A stretch of DNA of 64,000 nt from an uncultured Candidatus Saccharibacteria bacterium (GTDB taxonomy: Bacteria > Patescibacteriota > Minisyncoccia > Phycocordibacterales > JAACPR01): the NCBI GenBank assembly GCA_964538855.1, contig CAZIEY010000003.1:34435-98434 (forward strand), given 5' to 3'. A program made the translations under genes and the position numbers. The notes beneath the pieces were generated by a model. The model did not search any database. It was given only the letters and a program-made list of their open reading frames with translations, and had not been told where the DNA came from. Positions 41,513 through 51,400 of this stretch are shown piece by piece (the stretch's first letter is position 1; the number at the start of each line of letters is the position of its first letter).

Positions 41513-42289
41513 CTAGGAGTTATTTTTTACAGGTAGAGAAGTGGGTTCAAGCGATTTCCAAATATACATAAACAGTTTGGTCAACATATCTGCCACGATT
41601 TTCGATTCGATAATAATTGAATAAGGTTCATTTTCTTTGAAAGAGAAGAAGTATGTTGTATCACCAATCACATTCATTGAACCACCGAATGCACTATTAT
41701 CAATGATTTCTCGAGTTTCTCGGAACTCGTCAGTTTTATAGTGCTCATTTTTCAGTATGTCTTTTGGTCCAATGAGATACGTAAAAGCTTTTGTTAATTT
41801 ATTTTTTCTTTTTCGCCACTCTGGAAAAAATCTGGGCAAGATATTTATTAAGTCAGATTCGAATACTGAATATACCAATTTGGTCTTATTTTTAATCATG
41901 GTATCGAGATTGTGTTCAAAAGTTTGTTTCAAACCTTCTACACCGACGAATATTTTCGTTTTTGGATTATCTTTATCCAGCTTATACATATTAGAAAGGT
42001 CGCCAAATATTTCGTTTAGTATGATTTCTTTATTTTTTAAAATTTGTTTTAAGCGATCTGGATTTTCAGCAGAGTAGTGAATTACATTATTTTTCTTCCA
42101 ACTCGAGACTAGTCCTTGAGACTCTAATTCCAATAGTAAGTTGTAAACAGTGGTTCTCGGAATCTTTGTGCCAGTTGCGACTTTATATACTGGTATATCT
42201 CTGTTTCTCAATAGAAACGTATATATTTGGGCAGATTTCTCACTAACACCGATTTCCGATAGTTTTTTAGATATGTCTTTCATATTCAT
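41513..42289 (-). CDS. TrmB-family transcriptional regulator 2
   Basis: IPRTTVYNLLLELESQGLV, YSAENP, PKTKIFVGVEGLK. Confidence 0.88.
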   Translation of the reverse strand: MNMKDISKKLSEIGVSEKSAQIYTFLLRNRDIPVYKVATGTKIPRTTVYNLLLELESQGLVSSWKKNNVIHYSAENPDRLKQILKNKEIILNEIFGDLSNMYKLDKDNPKTKIFVGVEGLKQTFEHNLDTMIKNKTKLVYSVFESDLINILPRFFPEWRKRKNKLTKAFTYLIGPKDILKNEHYKTDEFRETREIIDNSAFGGSMNVIGDTTYFFSFKENEPYSIIIESKIVADMLTKLFMYIWKSLEPTSLPVKNNS

Positions 42290-42437
42290 ATACTGTCATA
42301 TAAATGGACAGCAGTAAATGGGTATTTAAATATGGAATATAAGGTTAAATCGACCGCAGATTAATTATAGTGGTATTTTAGTGACATAAAGTCTCGCTCG
42401 GTATATCATTGTGAGTAATTATAAGTAATATAAATTT

Positions 42438-43487
42438 ATGAACAAAAAATACCTTACGGGTCTTGTCGTTGTCATTTTGATTGTAGGCTTTTTTATATTT
42501 TCTAACAGGGATACAGACACAATTAAGATTGGTGTAGTTGCCCCTCTAAAATCTGGCGCAACAATTTACGGCGATAACTTGGTTAAAGGGTTAGAGCTCG
42601 CCAAGAAAGATCTGGGTGATCGTGCGGCGAATTATGAAATCATTGTCGAAGATGATGAGGGTAACATTGCAAAATCTGCTTCCGCCGCACAGAAATTAAT
42701 TAACATCGATAAGGTCGCTGCTATTGTTACGGTAACTTCCGGAACTGGTAGCGCGGTAGATAAAATTGCAAAAGATGCGGGAATTCCTCACATCTGCGAT
42801 TGTGTGGTGACTACCATTGCTGGTGAGACGACATTTTTGTATAGTGCTCTTCCACAAGATGAAGCAAAACGCTGGTTAGAAGAAGCTAAAAACCAGAATC
42901 TTTCAAAAGCTTTTTTGATTATTCAAAATCAACCAGGCGCGAATTTGTTGGGTGAGGAGGTCAAGAATCATGCTCGAGATTACGGTATTACTATTGTAGG
43001 TGAAGAAAGAATTGATCCAGCCAATAAAGATTTTCGAACCGAGGTTTCTAAGATGAAGCTTGTACCGGCTGATATTTATATGACTATTGTATTTCCTCCG
43101 ACACTTGATATTTTGGCTAGAGAGATGACTTTGCAACAGATTACTAATTTCAGCTCGAATGGTCTTTTGGCCATTACAGCCGACCTCTCTTTGTTTGAGG
43201 GTCAGTGGTATACCGATAACTTCCTCTCAGATGTTGCATACCAGGCGCAATTTACTAAAGAATACCCAAACACTCGATTTAACGCGCGAACCGCACCGCA
43301 CGGATACGACATATTCAATTTGATTGTACGTGGAACCGAATCTGGTAATCTTGCTGAATATCTCAAAAATTTGAACGAGTATGACGGTAAAGTCGGCAAG
43401 GCTGTGAAAGGTGAAAACAAAAATATTTTCACTTTGCCAATTGGGATTTGGACAGTGAAAGACGGGAAGACTGTGTTAGTGAAGTAG
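42438..43487 (+). CDS. LivJ/LivK-type substrate-binding protein 3
   Basis: IKIGVVAPLKS, AQKLINIDKV, DFRT. Confidence 0.9.
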   Translation: MNKKYLTGLVVVILIVGFFIFSNRDTDTIKIGVVAPLKSGATIYGDNLVKGLELAKKDLGDRAANYEIIVEDDEGNIAKSASAAQKLINIDKVAAIVTVTSGTGSAVDKIAKDAGIPHICDCVVTTIAGETTFLYSALPQDEAKRWLEEAKNQNLSKAFLIIQNQPGANLLGEEVKNHARDYGITIVGEERIDPANKDFRTEVSKMKLVPADIYMTIVFPPTLDILAREMTLQQITNFSSNGLLAITADLSLFEGQWYTDNFLSDVAYQAQFTKEYPNTRFNARTAPHGYDIFNLIVRGTESGNLAEYLKNLNEYDGKVGKAVKGENKNIFTLPIGIWTVKDGKTVLVK

Positions 43488-44294
43488 TTCTCGCATCAGC
43501 TTATTATGATCAATCTTCTTGCTCGAATGTTTAACATATTCAAACATATCGCGCAGGAGATTTGTCATATTATCGTTCGTGATTTCAATTGCGACTTTAT
43601 CCTTCCAATTGATTAGCAAAGTTGTAGTTTTGAAAATCCATATTTCAGCGTGATGATTAAAAACTGTGTCTGGAAATACCGCATAGTCTGCCATACGCCC
43701 ACCGAGACTCTCGATGTGGGCTTTGAATTTCGTCGGGTCGCTTTTTATTTCATTGGCATATGATATGTAAGCACTTTCGTTGAGCATTCCGTCAATGATA
43801 ATTTTATTTTTAATAATCGCTTGATTAAACGCAATTATTTGTTTAGGAGTTGCAGTTTCTGCCTGGTCATTAAATGATGTGTGATGTTGTATTGCTTTAA
43901 CACGATCGTTGGTAAGCTCGAGGGCAATTCTTTTAAACGCAGGAACAATTTCCTCTGGTCCAACATGAATAATGAACTCATCTTTAGGGGAGAGTTTGAT
44001 TTTCGCACCTTTCTTATTGAGAGAATTCATCTGTATCTTGTCGATAGTGAGTGATAATTTGTGCATAAGTCTCTCTGCAGTAATCGCTATGTAAAATCTC
44101 CGCTTACCGTGTAGCTGGTAGTCAATTAATTCGTCCTTCAATAATCGTTTAATCGCATAATTAATACCGGTTCGCGATAGGGACGTAAGTGATGCAATTT
44201 CTTGCACACTATGATCGGTTTGAAGTGTATTTAAGATAGTTATCTCGGTGTCACTCAAATTCAGGATACTAAGCGTGTTTTTTGACCATATCAT
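43476..44294 (-). CDS. TrmB-like wHTH regulator 3
   Basis: LSRTGINYAIKRLLKDELI; C-terminal domain similar to the other paralogs. Confidence 0.75.
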   Translation of the reverse strand: MIWSKNTLSILNLSDTEITILNTLQTDHSVQEIASLTSLSRTGINYAIKRLLKDELIDYQLHGKRRFYIAITAERLMHKLSLTIDKIQMNSLNKKGAKIKLSPKDEFIIHVGPEEIVPAFKRIALELTNDRVKAIQHHTSFNDQAETATPKQIIAFNQAIIKNKIIIDGMLNESAYISYANEIKSDPTKFKAHIESLGGRMADYAVFPDTVFNHHAEIWIFKTTTLLINWKDKVAIEITNDNMTNLLRDMFEYVKHSSKKIDHNKLMRELLH

Positions 44295-44312
44295 TGAAAT
44301 AAGTATATAAAA

Positions 44313-44329
44313 TGACTAAAAATTAGTCA
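44313..44329. promoter_or_regulatory. palindromic operator over the regulator-3 promoter
   Basis: TGACTAA-AAA-TTAGTCA overlapping minus-strand TTGACT-17-TATACT. Confidence 0.6.
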
Positions 44330-44478
44330 ATATAATATATTAAAAAACCTTTACCTAGCAACATTAGAATATAATTACAGCATAAAAATATACTTTGACA
44401 AGACATTATTAAGGTTGTCTGGTATTCTTTTTGTAGGTCGTAATATATTGTGAAAATCAAGTGAATGGCCTGTAAATT

Positions 44479-44958
44479 ATGACAATACATACTAAAGAAA
44501 AAGCTACAGTTGTAAGAGGGATTGAAGCTCTACAAAAGTTCGTTCCTTTTTTAGCAGAGCGTGCAAAAGCTATAGAGACTCCGTGTGAAGGATTCGCCAC
44601 AATTCAACTTGGTCCATTCAGCGGTGATCAAGATGGTATAACTGGCGCATCAATTGTTGAACTTGAAGTTGGTGGTGAACATCCACAACACAAACATGAT
44701 GAATCTGAAAATACATTCTACTTCATTCATGGCAAAGGTTTCGTAATCCTTGGTGATGATCAGGAAAAGATACCTTACGCAGCAGGTTCAGTAATTAAAG
44801 CTCCTCGCGGAGTACTGCATGGTTTTCAGGCACTCGAAGATGGGATTATGCTCGCACTACATAAAGGTGGTCCGATTATAAGACCTGATGGTACAATGGA
44901 TATACACTACACAGATCCGCGCTGCTTTACAGAGCACGGCACAGTAGGTGGAGATTAA
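44479..44958 (+). CDS. cupin domain protein
   Basis: HPQHKHDESE..F..GKG, PRGVLHGF. Confidence 0.88.
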   Translation: MTIHTKEKATVVRGIEALQKFVPFLAERAKAIETPCEGFATIQLGPFSGDQDGITGASIVELEVGGEHPQHKHDESENTFYFIHGKGFVILGDDQEKIPYAAGSVIKAPRGVLHGFQALEDGIMLALHKGGPIIRPDGTMDIHYTDPRCFTEHGTVGGD

Positions 44959-44984
44959 AAATACACATAACTTATATAAAATTG

Positions 44985-46073
44985 ATGACTAAAAATATTA
45001 AAATAATTATTCTTGTGATTGTGTGTGCGATTGTCGCTGCGGTAATATTGCAACGCGATGACAAAGCACATTCGATTACACTCGGTCTCATGTTGCCACT
45101 TACTGGTGACTATGCAGCCGCTGGTCAAAATATGCAAAAAGGTATGGAAGTCGCTTTGGATCAATACCGAAAGGAAAATCCAGATGCTTCTATTAAAGTA
45201 GTTATCGAAGATGATGCGTATGATGCAAAAAAAGGTGTCAGCGCTTATAAAAAATTGGTTGACTTGGATAAGGTTGATGCAATTTTGATGCTCTCAACGC
45301 CGGTTATCGACGCAATACATGAAGACGTGGTTGCGCGAGGTATCCCAGTAATACAGCTCGGTGTGCAGACGGTTGGAGTTGCAGATGACAACATCATTCA
45401 ATTCAGTCCTGCTGCAGAAGCACCGATCGGATTTCTTGCGACATATTTGAGCGATAGTCCTGAATATACTGGCAAAAAAGTTGCGGTGATATATGACAAT
45501 TTGTCCGCGCAAATTAGTTTCTTTGAAGCCTTCAAACAAAACTTCAAACAAGAATTTACTCCATTTATAGTGAATGGTAAGGATGACTTGAGAAATTATG
45601 CAACAAAAATCGCAAATGAAAATTACGATGTTGTCGTAGTAATCGAATCTCCAGCAAACGGCGCACTTTTCGCGAAGGAGTTACTCACGTTAGACTCAAC
45701 AATGCCAGTGCTTGCATTCGATGCTCAGTTGCAAACAGGTTTTGCTGACTTCACCAGAATTTTGGGCGATACGAATAAAATCAACGGTGCAAAATCAATG
45801 TGGTTCAAGTCAGGAAAAATGGATGTGCTTACTGATCTCTACCAGAAAAAGTACGGAGAAGCTCCTGGTTTCGTCGTTGACTTTTCTTACGACATGATTA
45901 ACGTGGCACTCGCGACGTATGACGCGAACGACGCTGATTGGATCAAGAACTTGAAAAAGTTTAGCGATGCAAACGGTGCGTCAGGTTCAATATCCTTCGA
46001 TAAGAACGGTGTGCGAATTCAGCCGATGGTGATTACAGAAGTGCGAAATGGGGTATTGGTGCCGACTGAATAA
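44985..46073 (+). CDS. LivJ/LivK-type substrate-binding protein 4
   Basis: ITLGLMLPLTG, EDDAYD, GASGSISFDKNG. Confidence 0.9.
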   Translation: MTKNIKIIILVIVCAIVAAVILQRDDKAHSITLGLMLPLTGDYAAAGQNMQKGMEVALDQYRKENPDASIKVVIEDDAYDAKKGVSAYKKLVDLDKVDAILMLSTPVIDAIHEDVVARGIPVIQLGVQTVGVADDNIIQFSPAAEAPIGFLATYLSDSPEYTGKKVAVIYDNLSAQISFFEAFKQNFKQEFTPFIVNGKDDLRNYATKIANENYDVVVVIESPANGALFAKELLTLDSTMPVLAFDAQLQTGFADFTRILGDTNKINGAKSMWFKSGKMDVLTDLYQKKYGEAPGFVVDFSYDMINVALATYDANDADWIKNLKKFSDANGASGSISFDKNGVRIQPMVITEVRNGVLVPTE

Positions 46074-46081
46074 AGATCTAG

Positions 46082-46140
46082 AAGAGGTTATAACAAAAAG
46101 AAGGTTCATAATTTGAATCTTCTTTTTGTTATAACCTCTT
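46082..46140. terminator. long hairpin (22-bp perfect, 27-bp total stem), likely bidirectional terminator
   Basis: AAGAGGTTATAACAAAAAGAAG / CTTCTTTTTGTTATAACCTCTT between convergent genes. Confidence 0.8.
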
Positions 46141-46692
46141 TGTATACCAAGCTCTACCTGTATCTGCGGGCCACATATTATCTTTTTTAAATCCTATAGA
46201 TTCGTGCATGCCGATTGATCGCACATTATTGTCACGTATACTAGCAATCATTCCAACACATCCAGTCTCTTGGAAAAACTCATCCGCTCTTGCGTTCAGA
46301 TACTTAGCTATTGTGGTGTTTATTTGGTCAAGTTTCTTGCCACGATACGTAGGTTCGACAAAAATCCAAACTATGTTACCGAATTTCTCTCCATTTGTAG
46401 AATTTGTTATCTCGCGTGCTTCGAGTGTCCCAATCAGTTGACCAGAATTATCTTTGAACGTTAAGACTTTGACTGACCCGTCTTCTATCTTTTTTTGAAA
46501 AATATCTGGAGATCTGTTGAGCGAAGCACTGCGTGCGTCTTCTTCCGAATACACATCGCGTGATTCTCGTATCATTCTAGAAAAGAAAACAAAATACTCC
46601 TGTAGGTCAGAAGGTGTTGCGGTCAGTACACCTTCTGACTGGTAGTCATTGCTCGGAATTATGTTTTGGTTCTGTTCTGGTCCTTGTTTCAT
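46129..46692 (-). CDS. GNAT acetyltransferase
   Basis: IFVEPTYRG, NVRSIGMHESIGF. Confidence 0.8.
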   Translation of the reverse strand: MKQGPEQNQNIIPSNDYQSEGVLTATPSDLQEYFVFFSRMIRESRDVYSEEDARSASLNRSPDIFQKKIEDGSVKVLTFKDNSGQLIGTLEAREITNSTNGEKFGNIVWIFVEPTYRGKKLDQINTTIAKYLNARADEFFQETGCVGMIASIRDNNVRSIGMHESIGFKKDNMWPADTGRAWYTKRL

Positions 46693-46714
46693 ATAAATAA
46701 TAATAACATTAAAT

Positions 46715-47491
46715 CTACTTCGCATCCTTCCATAAATATTCAAAATTCTTACGAAACGCATCTACGATAATTGGGTGACGAATGCTGATTGCAATGGGAA
46801 TGTCGGCGACGATGGTGATGAGGACTTCGCGCGGAGTTGTATCAATTGCAAACGGTCCAAAATATTTCGAGGGCATTGATCGCATATCATAAATCGGAAT
46901 GCTTCGCCGGTCTTTTTTGAAAGTAGGGAAGAGGCTTTTTTCGACGAGTAGTCGCGCCTTTACCTTTTTATCAGCGAGACCTTTGTCCAGTTCAGAGAAG
47001 AATCGTCGCAAAGGGAGGTCATTAATAAAATATTTCGTATTGTATCCAACAATTGTCACATCTTCGCCGGGGCTCACATCGCGTACAAAGTGTTGAAATG
47101 CTTTTTTGAATCCATACGAACCTTCGAACACGTTGACGATGTTGCGAGCTCCTTCGATTTTCTTGGCATCTTCGACAAGCTCTGTAATTTCTTGCAATCG
47201 TTTTTGATGCTCGCCAAGCTCCTTGATTAATTGTACTGGCTCTTCGGCGCTGTAATATTTGATGTTGTTTTTGACTTCATATGAGACCAGTCCGCGGGTG
47301 AGGAGGTTCCGCAGAGATTGATAGACTGCGGAACTGCCGATTTTTGTCAGAGAAATAATCGGGCCAGTTTTTGAACGTGGGTGATGTACGAGAAATAAAT
47401 ACACTGCAATATCATTTGGAAACAAACCAATTTGTCCGAGTGTTGACTTGATATTACTCTCCAATAATGCAGAGTTTGCTATATTTTCCAT
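46715..47491 (-). CDS. TrmB-family transcriptional regulator 4
   Basis: SAVYQSLRNLLTRGLV, YSAEEP, VNVFEGSYGFK; promoter TTGACA-17-TATTAT 7 nt before ATG. Confidence 0.88.
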   Translation of the reverse strand: MENIANSALLESNIKSTLGQIGLFPNDIAVYLFLVHHPRSKTGPIISLTKIGSSAVYQSLRNLLTRGLVSYEVKNNIKYYSAEEPVQLIKELGEHQKRLQEITELVEDAKKIEGARNIVNVFEGSYGFKKAFQHFVRDVSPGEDVTIVGYNTKYFINDLPLRRFFSELDKGLADKKVKARLLVEKSLFPTFKKDRRSIPIYDMRSMPSKYFGPFAIDTTPREVLITIVADIPIAISIRHPIIVDAFRKNFEYLWKDAK

Positions 47492-47535
47492 ACTGCATAT
47501 AATACCTGCCATACTAAATTATGTCAAATAACAAT

Positions 47536-48672
47536 ATGAAAAAATATACATGGGGAATCATAGCGGTGCTTGTGTTGGGTGCGATATTCGTGATGAATAA
47601 TCGTCCGGCAAAAGACGTGTCTGGTGAGCCAATTAAAATCGGCAGTATTTCTGCTTTAACTGGAGCAGGCTCTGCAATTGGTGAAGCAGAACGTCGCGGT
47701 GCGCAACTTGCCATCGACGAAATCAATGAGAATGGCGGAGTCTTGGGTCGACCTTTGCAATTAATTTCTGAGGACGTTTCAATTGATAAAATTAAAAATG
47801 CCGTGACGGTAACTCAAAAACTTATCAATATAGACAAAGTTATTGCGATTGTTGGTCCGCAATGGGATGAGCCGGCAGAACCGATTTTGCCTTTAATTGA
47901 AGCCGCAAAGATTCCTATGGTTGGTCCAGACACGTCTGATCAACTTGAAAAAGATACGAATTACGATTACTTTTTCTCGACATGGTATGACAATCGAGTC
48001 GGTATTCGTGAATTATTGCGATACGCTCAAAGAGAAAATATAAAAGAGTTTACAATTATTCGGTTGCTAGATGCGAGCTTTTGGAAGTTTACAGCTGACA
48101 TATTTACGAACGAAGCTCCGAATTATGGCGTGAAAATTGTCGATGATATTAATCTTGGAAATCCTTTGGTTCAAGACTTCAGAACAGTTATTACAAAAAT
48201 TAAAAGTCAAAAATCAGAGGCTGTGTTTGTGGTAACAAGCGATTACAATCAATGTACACTGTTAAAGCAAATGGACGACCTCGCGCTCAACGTACTTTCT
48301 TTTGGAACCGAATCGTCTGGCGACAGTGTGTCGCTTACTAATTGTCCGCAATCTCTAGAACGACGTGTATTCAGTACTCCAGTTAAAACAAAAAGCCAAA
48401 TTGAATTCGAGGAGAAGTTCGAGGCAAAATATGGTTCCAAGCCAGAATATCCTTCGATTGTAACTGCGTATGATGCGGTACGTGTGATTGCTGATGCCTT
48501 GCGTCGATCAAAATTGGAGGGAGGTGAAGCATTACAAAAAGCAATTGCTGAAACCAATATGCCAGGTGCAGCGGTGCCGGTGATTAAATTCAACGAGAAG
48601 GGTTTTCTTCAAACTCCAGAAGATGCGTTTGAAATGAAGACGGTGCGAGAAGGTGAGTTCGTACAGATTTAG
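47536..48672 (+). CDS. LivJ/LivK-type substrate-binding protein 5
   Basis: IKIGSISALTG, AIDEINENGGVLGRP, DFRT, AYDAV. Confidence 0.92.
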   Translation: MKKYTWGIIAVLVLGAIFVMNNRPAKDVSGEPIKIGSISALTGAGSAIGEAERRGAQLAIDEINENGGVLGRPLQLISEDVSIDKIKNAVTVTQKLINIDKVIAIVGPQWDEPAEPILPLIEAAKIPMVGPDTSDQLEKDTNYDYFFSTWYDNRVGIRELLRYAQRENIKEFTIIRLLDASFWKFTADIFTNEAPNYGVKIVDDINLGNPLVQDFRTVITKIKSQKSEAVFVVTSDYNQCTLLKQMDDLALNVLSFGTESSGDSVSLTNCPQSLERRVFSTPVKTKSQIEFEEKFEAKYGSKPEYPSIVTAYDAVRVIADALRRSKLEGGEALQKAIAETNMPGAAVPVIKFNEKGFLQTPEDAFEMKTVREGEFVQI

Positions 48673-48673
48673 A

Positions 48674-49480
48674 TTATTTCTGCGCCGCACCTTTCCACGA
48701 TAACTCAAAAATCATGCGCATCATGTCATGGATAGCCTTATCTTGGATAATAGTACCTGTCATTGAATCTGGATTGAGGTTTACAATTGAAATTTTGTCT
48801 TCACCGTACACAGTGATTTCTCCGTGGACCAAAAATTGATCCTTGGATACAAAACGTAATTCGGGCCAGTATTTTTCTGAGACACCAATTTGTTTGTATT
48901 TCTCTAATATAAATGCCGAGCCGTGATCTGAAGCCGGCACAATGCCTCTTGTGTGTATACGCTTTTTCTCTTTTGCTTTACGATATGTCACAGATAATTC
49001 GTGCTGCATAAAATTCTCGAGGTATTCCGTGTTAGACCACGCCAACATTTCGTATGGCTTTTCAACATTAATATGATCCTCGAATACTTTGAGGATGCCA
49101 TCGAAACCTTCGAAATAGGTAACTTTCTGTTTGTGCGCACTGAATGCGTAAATACTTTCGAGTGTTGGTATGGTGCTCTCGGCTTTCTCTAATTGATCTT
49201 GAGAAATTTTCACACGATCTTTGAGATAGCGGGTGATGCGTTGTGGATGTTCGACATGGTAAAAAATTTTATTTTTCTTTTCTATTTCATTAACCAAACC
49301 TTTGACGGATAAATCCAAGAGGATTTTATATACTGTGCTGCGATTGATTTTTGTCACCTCAGCAATTTTGGAAGGGTAGGCACCACCGAGATGGAGCAGT
49401 GCTGAATATATAGAAGCTTCTTTATCGGTTAGACCAAGTTTATTGAGTTTACTCTGTATGCTTGATTGCGATGTTTCCAT
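48674..49480 (-). CDS. TrmB-family transcriptional regulator 5
   Basis: LGLTDKEASIY, INRSTVYKILLDL..KGLV, KVTYFEGFDGI. Confidence 0.9.
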   Translation of the reverse strand: METSQSSIQSKLNKLGLTDKEASIYSALLHLGGAYPSKIAEVTKINRSTVYKILLDLSVKGLVNEIEKKNKIFYHVEHPQRITRYLKDRVKISQDQLEKAESTIPTLESIYAFSAHKQKVTYFEGFDGILKVFEDHINVEKPYEMLAWSNTEYLENFMQHELSVTYRKAKEKKRIHTRGIVPASDHGSAFILEKYKQIGVSEKYWPELRFVSKDQFLVHGEITVYGEDKISIVNLNPDSMTGTIIQDKAIHDMMRMIFELSWKGAAQK

Positions 49481-49656
49481 GTCTCCATTATCTCAAGAAT
49501 TGGTAAAACTGTCAATTCTTACGAACAAAATATGCAACATATCTTTTATACGTTGATAAATAAGAATATATAATGCTTGATATGTTATTAAAAAATACAG
49601 CACTGAGTTTTCATTGTATAGTATTTCACGTAGATATTACAAATAAGCATTATTAT

Positions 49657-50736
49657 ATGAAAAAAACATTATACGTGGTGGCTGCTCTCGTGATACTTGC
49701 GGGTATATATACAACATTCTCATCAAAAAATGTTGCTACAGATAAGCCTGTAAAAATCGGAGTTGTATTACCACTCTCTGGCGGAGCAGCGTTTTTAGGA
49801 GAATCTGCACAAAGAGCAGCACTACTCGCTCTTAAAGATGCAGGCGATACGAAATACGATTATGAATTAGTTATAGATGATGATGGGTTCAATCCGATCA
49901 ATACAGTTACTGTGGTTAACAAGTTGATTAATATTGATAAAGTCCTCGGCATCATCACTTTTGGTTCTGGTACAAGTAACGCAGTTGCGCCAATTAATGA
50001 AGGGGCTAAGGTTGCTCGATTCGGCTTGGCGTCGGATCCGACTTCTGCAGAAGGAAAATATAATTTCGTTCACTGGACACCTCCGTTTAAGGAAGGGGCT
50101 TTATTAGCGCAAGAAATTGTAAAACGCGGTTATAAGACGGTATCGATTATTGATACAGATCATGCGGGTACACTCGCTGTTACGAATGCTATAAAAGATT
50201 CACTGAGGGACACCGAAGTTAAAATTGTGTCATACGATATGACAAAAATCGGCGATAAGGATTTTAGAACAATCGCCGCAAAGATTAAAAACTTACAACC
50301 AGATTTGATTATTTTAGAAATGTTCACCCCTGAAAATGAATTGATGGCACGGCAACTCAGAGATCTTGGGATACATATTCCACTGACGAGCGTAGAAACT
50401 TTTGAATGGAGCAATGAGCCGACATTATTCAACGGAATGTGGTTTGTATCTGATGGAAGAAAGAATCCGGATTTTGTGGATAGATACACTAAAGAATATG
50501 GAACAGGACCAGAAACTGGCTCGACGTATGTGTATGATTTGGTTGCAATGATGATTCGATTACAAGAAGAATCCAATACACGAATTGACCCTACAGATCT
50601 TCCTGAAATTATTATGCAGAAAGGATATAACGATTCTCCATTGTATGGAAAGACAGTTATCGATAAAGACGGATTCTTTGTGACAGAAGCTTCGGTGAAG
50701 AAGATTGTCGATGGTAAAGCGGTGCAGGTAGAATAA
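49657..50736 (+). CDS. LivJ/LivK-type substrate-binding protein 6
   Basis: VKIGVVLPLSG, KLINIDKV, DFRT. Confidence 0.9.
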   Translation: MKKTLYVVAALVILAGIYTTFSSKNVATDKPVKIGVVLPLSGGAAFLGESAQRAALLALKDAGDTKYDYELVIDDDGFNPINTVTVVNKLINIDKVLGIITFGSGTSNAVAPINEGAKVARFGLASDPTSAEGKYNFVHWTPPFKEGALLAQEIVKRGYKTVSIIDTDHAGTLAVTNAIKDSLRDTEVKIVSYDMTKIGDKDFRTIAAKIKNLQPDLIILEMFTPENELMARQLRDLGIHIPLTSVETFEWSNEPTLFNGMWFVSDGRKNPDFVDRYTKEYGTGPETGSTYVYDLVAMMIRLQEESNTRIDPTDLPEIIMQKGYNDSPLYGKTVIDKDGFFVTEASVKKIVDGKAVQVE

Positions 50737-50742
50737 ATAAGT

Positions 50743-50776
50743 AATAAAAAACCGCCTTCGTAGGTGGTTTTTTGTT
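50743..50776 (+). terminator. rho-independent terminator
   Basis: AAAAAACCGCCT-TCGT-AGGTGGTTTTTT. Confidence 0.85.
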
Positions 50777-50812
50777 GATTGACATACACAATCCATCGTA
50801 TATACTATGGAT

Positions 50813-51091
50813 ATGAAAACGATGGTAAACATAAAGCTTGATAAAAAGCTTAAAAATCAAGCCTCAAAATTAGCGGAACAAATGGGGTTTAATCTCTCAT
50901 CGATTATTTCTGCGACACTTCGACAATTTGTGGTAAACAAGGAAATCAGTATTTCTCTCAAACCCAAAATGACTCCTTATTTAGAATCGATTATTTCGGA
51001 TGTTAAAAAAGAAAGACAATCGGACAAATCTCCAGTATTCAAAAATGCCACAGAGGCTATTGCGTGGTTGAGACGGCATGTGAAGTCATAA
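50813..51091 (+). CDS. RelB/DinJ-family antitoxin
   Basis: VNIKLDKKLK..A..LAEQMGFNLS RHH-like N terminus; promoter TTGACA-16-TATACT. Confidence 0.85.
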   Translation: MKTMVNIKLDKKLKNQASKLAEQMGFNLSSIISATLRQFVVNKEISISLKPKMTPYLESIISDVKKERQSDKSPVFKNATEAIAWLRRHVKS

Positions 51092-51102
51092 CACAAATTC
51101 AT

Positions 51103-51363
51103 ATGCAAATTATATTCAGTAAAAAGTTTATAAAAGCATATGAAAAGGTTTCTCCTTCCATTCAGAAGAAATTCGACAACCGATTAACTTTATTTTGCAA
51201 AGACCAGAATAATAAAATACTCAATTGTCATGGACTGCATGGTACATATGCTGGATATTTTAGTTTCAACGTAACCTCGGATTATCGAGCGATATTTGAA
51301 TATGTGAATAGTGATAAAATTGAATTAATTACGATCGGGACACATGCACAGTTGTATAAATAA
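51103..51363 (+). CDS. RelE/YafQ-family mRNA interferase toxin
   Basis: SKKFIKAY, HGLHG, DYRAIF, IGTHAQLY. Confidence 0.88.
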   Translation: MQIIFSKKFIKAYEKVSPSIQKKFDNRLTLFCKDQNNKILNCHGLHGTYAGYFSFNVTSDYRAIFEYVNSDKIELITIGTHAQLYK

Positions 51364-51400
51364 TGTATTTTTTTGTTATAATACATTCACCACACAATCC

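Noticed and set aside
46082-46140. Integron attC site
   Set aside because: Stem lacks extrahelical bases, no match to GTTRRRY, not repeated at other junctions, and no intI in the window
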